Origin: Bugula neritina
Lineage: Eukaryota; Animalia; Bryozoa
Length of the DNA stretch: 64,000 nt
Direction of reading: 5' to 3'
Assembly: GCA_964035545.1 (NCBI GenBank)
Contig: OZ037767.1
Span: 13,067,801 to 13,131,800 of the forward strand
The notes beneath the pieces are model-generated. The model had not been told where the DNA came from. It did no database searches and saw only the letters and a program-made list of their open reading frames with translations. A program made the translations under genes and the position numbers. Numbering within the stretch: the stretch's first letter is position 1; each line of letters opens with the position of its first letter. Of the stretch, positions 55,801-64,000 are shown one piece after another.

Positions 55801-58345
55801 TTGGTGCTACAGTTTGAGGAGCTACAGTCTGAGGTGCTGCAGTTGGTGGAGCTACAGTCTGAGGTGCTGTAGTTGAAGATGCCACAGTTTGAGGAGCTAC
55901 AGTTGTTGGTGCTACAGTCGGAGGTGCTACAGTTTGAGGAGCTGCAGTTGTTGATGCCACAGTTGTTGGTGCTGCAGTCGGAGGTGCTACAGTTTGAGGA
56001 GCTGCAGTTGTTGATGCCACAGTTGTTGGTGCTGCAGTCGGAGGTGCTACAGTTTGAGGTGCTGCAGTTGGTGGAGCTACAGTTTGAGGAGCTACAGTTT
56101 GAGGAGCTACAGTTTGGGGAGCTACAGTCAGAGGTGCTGTAGTTGTTGGTGCTACAGTCAGAGGTGCTGTAGTTGTTGGTGCTACAGTCGGAGGTGCTAC
56201 AGTTTGAGGTGCTGCAGTCGGAGGTGCTACAGTTTGAGGAGCTACAGCTGTTGATGCTGCAGTTGGTGGAGCTACAGTCTGAGGTGCTGTAGTTGTTGGT
56301 GCTGCAGTCGGAGGTGCTACAGTTTGAGGTGCTGCAGTTGGTGGAGCTACAGTTTGAGGAGCTACAGTTTGAGGAGCTACAGTTTGGGGAGCTACAGTCA
56401 GAGGTGCTGTAGTTGGTGGAGCTGCAGTCGGAGGTGCTGTAGTTGGTGGAGCTGCAGTCAGAGGTGCTATAGTTGTTGGTGCTGCAGTTTGAGGAGCTAC
56501 AGTTTGAGGTGCTGCAGTTGGTGGAGCTACAGTTTGAGGAGCTACAGTCTGAGGTGCTGTTGTTGTTGGTGCTACAGTCAGAGGTGCTGTAGTTGTTGGT
56601 GCTACAGTTTGAGGAGCTACAGTTTGAGGAGCTACAGTTTGGGGAGCTACAGTCTGAGGTGCTGTAGTTGTTGGTGCTGCAGTCGGAGGTGCTACAGTTT
56701 GAGGTGCTGCAGTTGGTGGAGCTACAGTTTGAGGAGCTACAGTTTGAGGAGCTACAGTTTGGGGAGCTACAGTCAGAGGTGCTGTAGTTGTTGGTGCTAC
56801 AGTCAGAGGTGCTGTAGTTGTTGGTGCTACAGTTTGAGGAGCTACAGCTGTTGATGCTGCAATTGGTGGAGCTACAGTCTGAGGTGCTGTAGTTGTTGGT
56901 GCTGCAGTCGGAGGTGCTACAGTTTGAGGTGCTGCAGTTGGTGGAGCTACAGTTTGAGGAGCTACAGTTTGAGGAGCTACAGTTTGGGGACCTACAGTCA
57001 GAGGTGCTGTAGTTGTTGGTGCTACAGTCAGAGGTGCTGTAGTTGTTGGTGCTACAGTCAGAGGTGCTGTAGATGGTGGAGCTACAGTTTGAGGAGCTAC
57101 AGTTTGAGGAGCTACAGTTTGGGGAGCTACAGTCTGAGGTGCTGTAGTTGTTGGTGCTGCAGTCGGAGGTGCTACAGTTTGAGGTGCTGCAGTTGGTGGA
57201 GCTACAGTTTGAGGTGCTACAGTTTGAGGTGCTGCAGTTGAAGATGCCACAGTTTGAGGAGCTACAGTTTGGGGAGCTACAGTCAGAGGTGCTGTAGTTG
57301 TTGGTGCTGCAGTCGGAGGTGCTACAGTTTGAGGTGCTGCAGTTGGTGGAGCTACAGTTTGAGGAGCTACAGTTTGAGGAGCTACAGTTTGGGGACCTAC
57401 AGTCAGAGGTGCTGTAGTTGTTGGTGCTACAGTCAGAGGTGCTGTAGTTGTTGGTGCTACAGTCAGAGGTGCTGTAGATGGTGGAGCTACAGTTTGAGGA
57501 GCTACAGTTTGAGGAGCTACAGTTTGGGGAGCTACAGTCTGAGGTGCTGTAGTTGTTGGTGCTGCAGTCGGAGGTGCTACAGTTTGAGGTGCTGCAGTTG
57601 AAGATGCCACAGTTTGAGGAGCTACAGTTTGGGGAGCTACAGTCAGAGGTGCTGTAGTTGGTGGAGTTACAGGCAGAGGTGCTGTAGTTGTTGGTGCTAC
57701 AGTTTGAGGAGCTACAGTTGTTGGTGCTGCAGTTGGTGGAGCTACAGTCTGAGGTGCTGTAGTTGTTGGTGCTACAGTTGGAGGCGCTGTAGTTGAAGAT
57801 GCCACAGTTGGAGGTGCTGTAGTTGGTGGAGCTGCAATCGGAGGTGCTGTAGTTGTTGGTGCTACAGTTTGAGGAGCTATAGCTGTTGATGCTGCAGTTG
57901 GTGGAGCTACAGTCTGAGGTGCTGTAGTTGAAGATGCCACAGTTTGAGGAGCTACAGTTGTTGGTGCTACAGTCGGAGGTGCTACAGTTTGAGGAGCTGC
58001 AGTTGTTGATGCTGTAGTTGGTGGAGCTACAGTCTGAGGTGCTGTAGTTGAAGATGCCACAGTTGGAGGTGCTGTAGTTTGAGGAGCTACAGTTGTCGGT
58101 GCTGTAGATGGAGGTGCTACAGTTTGAGGTGCTGTAGTTGTGGTTGATACAGTTGGAGGTGCTGTAGTTGTTATTGATACAGTTGGAGGTGCGGTAGTTG
58201 GTAATGCTACAGTTGGAGGTGCTCCAGTTGTTGGTGTTGTCGTTGGAGAGTCTCTAGCTGCTGCACTGTTTTCTTTTTTCATTGCATGTTCTATGAAAAC
58301 TGTCAATGCCAGTCTCAGAATTATCCCGACTTCAAAGTGTTTCAT
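49360..58345 (-). CDS. Mucin M3, complete spliced CDS (~1967 aa): SP-PTS-EGF-SEA-like(furin)-TM-cytoplasmic tail
   Basis: Join 58345-53341, 52365-52249, 52079-51940, 51644-51586, 51449-51223, 50693-50593, 49810-49608, 49411-49360. Introns are GT-AG with the same phases as M2; 5904 nt total. Confidence 0.88.
50322..50592 (-). repeat. 37-nt splice-signal minisatellite (~7 copies) beginning at the TM-exon donor of M3
   Basis: Same consensus as 21131-21909. Confidence 0.95.
50593..50693 (-). CDS. M3 transmembrane exon (EEPTKVYVWLAPVISGTVAGMIFLGVMGVLLAVC)
   Basis: 101 nt, TTTTTAG| and TGT|GTAAGT. Confidence 0.88.
51223..52079 (-). CDS. M3 SEA-like domain exons (52079-51940, 51644-51586, 51449-51223) with furin site RKKR
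   Basis: ...AEMRLAVIIQ/IYESFSSNSQFMGVTRISFT/CKAQSRKKRAINPNADVVTEFDVAMDPLAGEEELNVESLENIVSTAV... Confidence 0.75.
52249..52365 (-). CDS. M3 EGF-like exon
   Basis: 117 nt, phase 1-1, six Cys as in M2. Confidence 0.88.
53341..58345 (-). CDS. M3 exon 2 (5.0 kb): signal peptide + two-part PTS domain
   Basis: ORF 53288..58402 trimmed to TTGTAG|A ATG (58345) and CAAG|GTATTA (53341). Confidence 0.92.
53390..55694. repeat. Coding minisatellite, 18-bp unit (PTTTTT), with ~1.1-kb internal duplication
   Basis: Marker GGACATTGTAGTAGAGG at ~54456 and ~55547; TGATGGA at ~54581 and ~55694. Confidence 0.95.
55695..58235. repeat. Coding minisatellite, 15-bp unit (pentapeptide [Q/P/T/L]T[V/A/T]AP)
   Basis: GAGGAGCTACAGTTT-type units; a short second patch lies at ~54585-54730. 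Confidence 0.95.
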
Positions 58346-58995
58346 TCTACAACAAATAATTATATTCTCTGCAAACCAAACTATTTGTGTTTTGTTTGAC
58401 ATTTATTTCTAGCGTAGTACACTATTCACTGTTTCATTTCATGTTCTGTTTTTTTGCTCACATGCCTTTTCTTCCAGATCTTTTTCTTATCGACATAATA
58501 ATTAAGGAACAAGCACTGTCTAGTGATATCTTTTTTTTACAGATTAAGAGTTCCTTTAAATGATATGTGTTCTCAAATTATTGGTTATGCATTTTTCTTT
58601 AACATGAGTTTTTATTTGAAATTTGGTTTAATTGTACCCTTGCAGGTCTCTATCTTAGCAATTAATACTCGTGTTCTTTTTAATGCCTTTGTATATATCT
58701 CTCATACATGTATCACTTTTCTGCTGGTCCAGTTTGCACAACTTGTTATGTTTGCAATCCTTTACCCGCTAGAATGCAAAATAGCTCCAGGTTAACTCTG
58801 AATTTCGTTGATTTTCTTGCAGTCAAGCCATTCCGTAACTCCTAATCACCTGCTATGTTACACACTCTACACATTGCTGTATAAATTGCACACATCCTCT
58901 GATTTTTTTGATACTGCACAAATTTATCATAGTCACAAGTCTCCGTTGAAACTTTCTCAAGCGTAAAATTTACATTCCATATAAGTTATATTTAC

Positions 58996-59115
58996 CTGTT
59001 TCAGCTGATCGTTTGCTATGACTTTTGTTAACGAAACAGACAATTTACTCGTCCTAAAAACTTATCAGCAAAGTAATGTTAGTAACTCGCAAATTGCATT
59101 TAGTCTTGTAGAGTA
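58996..59115 (-). other. Predicted non-coding exon 1 of M3 (5' end approximate)
   Basis: Donor CAGCTGAAACAG|GTAAAT at 58996; TATAAAA on the minus strand at ~59146. Confidence 0.55.
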
Positions 59116-59207
59116 CCAAGTTAAAAATGCATGAAATAATTTTATAAAAGAGCTTACAGTTTACGCTACATTAGTTTACATCAATAAATAGTCTTTTACT
59201 TTTCAAG

Positions 59208-59217
59208 TGATTGGCTG
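59208..59217 (-). promoter_or_regulatory. CCAAT box of M3 promoter
   Basis: CAGCCAATCA at the conserved position. Confidence 0.65.
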
Positions 59218-59415
59218 TAGTACCAGATGCAATTAAACTTTCATTCTTTTTACACGCCCATTGTTCGGCCACATAGAAATTCCTACATTAGTTCTAGCCT
59301 TCACTTTTGAACTAGAATAAGCTGATGGTTATATCAAAGCATATTTGGAATATGTTATAATGTTAGTCAGAATGTTCAAGCCACTCTGGTGTTTATGGAT
59401 AGTCTTAAAGATCTA

Positions 59416-61201
59416 CAGTGCTGTGAAAAAGTTTAAGGACGCCTCATTGTTTTCCATAATAGCAATGTTCCAAGCTAATTTTAAGGCATAACAAAAGCAT
59501 TTCCATAGGCATGATACCTATCAAAATGATCCTTAAGATCACCTTATCTTATTTATATAAATTATTAGTGTCTCTTTTCACTTCCTTTCAAAATTTAGGT
59601 GAAATAATGAGATACTATGCATATTTGGGAATTATTCAATGTTCTCACAATTTGTGTGTGCTGTAGGATATCAGAATATTTTACTTGAAACATAGAAAAA
59701 TATTGTATGTGATTTGTTCTACACATTATAGCAGCATTGCAACACACAGTGCTTTAAATTTTAGTATTAATGTTTTGTGGGCCAGCCTTTATTCTCAATC
59801 ACTAGTCGGCAGCGACGAGGCATCGACTCGTACAGCTTCTCCAACTCGTTTTCAGTCACCACATGATGCCATGCATGAATTACAGGCTCTATGGCTGTCA
59901 CCTTAGTTGTTGGCTTCTGTGAAGAGACTATTTTAGCCATTCTTGACCATGAATTTCTTATTGGGTTCAAGTCCCAGCTTTGGGCTGGCCAGTTAAGCGT
60001 TGAGACCCTCTGCTTTTTCATCCATGCACTCTTTAACAGTTTTTGCCCAATGGCATGGTGCATTGTCATCTTCAAATATGTTAATTTCATTTAAAAAGAA
60101 GTTTTTTTATGATTGGAAGAAGTTTAGCATTGAGATTCTCTATATATTTTTGGGCATTAACATCATTTTAGAGCAATTACTGAGTCGACCTACACCTTTT
60201 GATGTTATACAACCCCAGAACATAACGCCGATAGGGTGCTTAATTGTTGTAAGAATACATTAGGGGTTATATTCCTCATACTGATATCTTCTAACAAAAC
60301 AGTTTCCAGCATGATTGTTCACATTAAATGTAGATTTATCTGAAATAATTACTTTTTTCTAATCATTCACTGTCTAACTACCATGCTCCTTGGCCCACCG
60401 TAGCCGGTTTTTTCGCTACTTCTCGGTTAGTAGAGGCTTCCTTCTTGCTTTGCAGACACATAGACCATGGCTCAGCAGTCTTCGCTTTATCAGGGATGTC
60501 GAAGCTGTTGTTCCTGTTGATTCTGATCATTCTTTGCCAACTCAGGACTTGTTTTATGGCAATCTTTCTTGCTGATCCCAATGAAAACCTTGTCATCTCT
60601 AGGTGTGCTTATTCTTGGTCGTCCACTTTCAGGTCGATCTGCTACACTGCCAGTCTCCATGAATTTCTTGGTAATTTGATAAACAATTGTCTTTGCTTTG
60701 CCAACCTTTTCAGATATTTTCCTAATTGAATAACCTTCGTTATGCAAAAAAATTATTACAAACCTTGCTTTTGAAGTAAGATTTACAGCTCTCATTTTGT
60801 CTATGCGCAGCACCTAAGTGGACACCATGTAAAAGCTTACAACTAAATGACAGATTTCAAATTATGGAAGAAAGTCATACTTTATGGTATCATGATGCCA
60901 TGTACAAAGTCAAATTTCACTGTTTAGCCTTTTGTGATTATCAGAAACGATAAACTTTGGAAACATAAAAACACAGGAGTTGCGCTTTCCTAGCTGCTTG
61001 TATAGTTAGCCCGAAAATAGGTAGAAAACATCACAGCAGTAGGAATTTATATGGTGAAAATTGTAGTGCACATTCTAAGGGTCATTTTGATATATAGAAC
61101 TTGCAGGAAAATACTAAGAACTTCCAATAAATGCCTATTAAACAATACATAGAAATACATAGAAATTTTTGCAAGCGTCCTTAAACTTTTTCACAGCACT
61201 G
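59416..61201 (-). mobile_element. Tc1-family DNA transposon, full length (1786 bp), inactivated
   Basis: Perfect 27-bp TIRs CAGTGCTGTGAAAAAGTTTAAGGACGC; TA TSDs at 59414-15 and 61202-03. Confidence 0.95.
59767..60795 (-). pseudogene. Tc1 transposase pseudogene (frameshifts/stops)
   Basis: Paired-like HTH (GYSIRKISEKVG...SGRPRISTPRDD), SDKSTF, DDNAPCH, WPAQSWDLNPI and SMPRRCRLVIENKGWPTKH* are distributed over several frames. Confidence 0.92.
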
Positions 61202-61934
61202 TAGATTTACTAGCTTAAACACACTAAATCTCATGAAATCTCTGTAATTCAGAGTATTTTGTATTTCTATTTTTTAATGCGCTCAAATTTATAAGTTTAA
61301 ATACTATATACCTTTAATAATACACTGTATTTGTGCTTCTCTCAATGATGCTGCTAAAGCTCACGCTTTTTTGTTATTTTTTACTTTTCCAACAAACTTT
61401 TTCTTCCTTCATCCAAGCATATTGCATTATCTAAATGCTTCTAAATAACATACGCAATAAAAGTTAGCAATATTTTCTTATAATACCACAGGCTAAAAGG
61501 TCAACTAAAGATGGCATTAGAGTTTCCAAATCAATTTAAAACTTGTTTCAGCAGAATTTATTATAAAGCAAAATTTTTTAAGCATACAGTTCTTAAGCAG
61601 TCTGCTATATATGATAGCCAATATATGTATTCTTATTTCAGTACTGCATAGACGAAGCGTGTCGGGATTCTTTAAGCTTCAATAAGGATGTACTAACATA
61701 ATAAAAAGATGGAAAGTATTTGTTGAATCAGTAAATGCAAGCTCAGAACATTGATTAGGCTGTCATACAACTTTAAAAAGTATGTATTTGCAAGCTATAA
61801 ATCTTTGTTCAAGAAATTTGAAACATCATATGCAAATATGCACAACATTGTCTGTGAATTTATGTTGCCTAAATGTACTTGCAATTGTATTTAATTTTTA
61901 ACTTGATATGACCTCGGTGAGCAAGTCCATATGG

Positions 61935-62055
61935 AATAGTTTCACAATTGATGCTTTGTAAGCTTCAAACAAAACACACAAATCCTTTTGTTGGTTTATT
62001 CATAGATGCTATATAGAAGCATGCCTCTCTCTCTTCACACCAGTTCATAACACTA
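61935..62055 (+). promoter_or_regulatory. Conserved upstream element copy 3
   Basis: ACAATTGATGCTTTGT, CCTTTTGTTGG, TATATAGA at 62010, and CCAGTT with its A at 62042. Confidence 0.55.
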
Positions 62056-62446
62056 GCTTTCTTTCCAGATACAAGTAGTCAGCTTTACATTAATATTTCT
62101 GTAATAGATACATTGTAGCTAGTAAAAGAAGTTCTATAGAGGCCTTTATTGAGAACTGCACTCAACGTTTGACTCTCAGTGGTAAATACAATACTTGATT
62201 CCTCTTATATTGAAACATAGTTTGTGTTACTGGAGATGAGAACAACTTGCAATAAAATTTAGTTAGAATTACTCTTAGTTTTAAAGCACTACAACTGTTA
62301 AAAAAGTTGACTGAAGCCATCATCAGCAAGCTATCAGAAATTCCAGATTAATTCTTTGCACACAATTTGTTATAAAACAAAATTGCGTGAGCATACAAAC
62401 CTCAAACAAACCAGAGATGATAGCTAAAATATGCTTTTGAAAATGA

Positions 62447-62563
<117 letters not shown>

Positions 62564-62714
62564 GACAAATAGTCATAAACTAAGTTTTTTCATTCCTATC
62601 CTATTTCTGTTTTTTATAATAAGAAATAGTGGGAACACAACACAACATCAAGTCATAGAGATAGGGATAAAGGTAGAGATAAAATCTATAGTCTATGCAA
62701 GCAAACAGCTGGTC

Positions 62715-62837
<123 letters not shown>

Positions 62838-64000
62838 ATGGATTGAGCATAACATTTAAAATTGCTTATACAATGTGGTGTGTCCACATAAACTCAAACC
62901 CTCCAAAAAAACACCAGTGAGATTATTTCTTATATTTGTTCAAGGAAAGACTTTAGGAGTTATCTTATTACGAAACTAATACATTATGATATTACATGTC
63001 AGAAAGCAGTACCGGAAAATAAATTTACCAAAACAATTTACAAGCAATAGGGTATTGCTACACACTCTATATATAAGCTTGCATTCTACGAATGGATTTT
63101 TCATTTGATGTATAGAAACAGTTGCATCTAATGAAACCCCAACCGAAAATTCATTTGCATAATTCGAAGCAATGGCAATGGTGACATATACTAACAACAG
63201 TAAAGACAAAAGCAAAAATATACAAAAGAAGCTATTTTTTAATTTAATCCATTAATATGTGACTATTATAGTGACTAATATTATCAATCAACATTATTTG
63301 TGATGCATTATAAGCCTACTCAAAGTCTTTGATATGATTCTGTTATTTAGGTGAGCAACTTAGCATATTCATATAGTGCCTAGTTACTCACCTTGGCATA
63401 GATTTGATGTTTTATAAATATATTTCAAACTCATGCAACCAATCTACATTCAGAAGCAGAAAAACATTTCAGCTTTAAAGTGCTATAAGAAATAAACAAA
63501 TACCCAACTTGTTTTGTAACCTGCCAATGACTGAGAGAATATATTACACTGTTTAGGGTATTTCAAACTCAGTCCTAACCAAAATAATGAGCTAATAACA
63601 TGTGGGGAACATTTAAATAAATTCACACTATAAGGCCCGTTTAAAATCACTTGAACAAGCTTAATTTATGTTTGACATTTTAACACTGCGTATTGGCTTA
63701 TAGTTTTTGTTTTCACTGTGAAGTTTTATTTCCACATTCATCACAGAAATCTTGTTAAAATGATTAGCAATTATAAACAAAATCACCCACCCTAAATTTT
63801 ATACAAATTAGTAGGTTGTTGATAAGGTATTTTGTCATCTGATGGCATTAGCCACGAAGTTACATAATTGTCTGGCTGTACCCTCTCGTTCTAGCATTGT
63901 GAAAGTATTTCATGTCCCATTTGTGTTGAGTAAGAGGGATTAATTATAGTTTTGTTTCCAAACTAGTTTAGTGTCTCAACTTCTCACAGTGAAACTCTTA

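Overview
AT-rich eukaryotic DNA, probably an invertebrate metazoan (species cannot be determined), with spliceosomal GT-AG introns. The window holds a head-to-tail array of three paralogous genes for giant single-pass transmembrane mucins, all on the minus strand. I call them M1 (ATG 9235, runs off the left edge, absent from the ORF track), M2 (40256-20114, about 5340 aa) and M3 (58345-49360, about 1967 aa). I reconstructed exons by hand with consistent splice phases. The shared layout is: non-coding exon 1 with a CCAAT box, one huge exon (signal peptide + Pro/Thr tandem repeats), an EGF-like exon, three exons forming a SEA-like domain with an R-x-K-R furin site, a TM exon, and two cytoplasmic-tail exons. 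The very long Val/Gly ORFs on the + strand are antisense shadows of the Thr/Pro repeats. Three features stand out. (1) A 37-nt minisatellite starts exactly at the TM-exon splice donor and is built from splice signals (2x GTAAGT, an antisense ACTTAC, TACTAAC). (2) M3 has a second, intact copy of both tail exons downstream. (3) Each gene unit carries a conserved TATA+initiator core promoter on the + strand, pointing away from the mucin gene. Also present are a decayed Tc1, a hAT MITE, a composite of three nested non-autonomous DNA transposons, a foldback/MULE-like MITE, a probable Academ relic, and long microsatellites.
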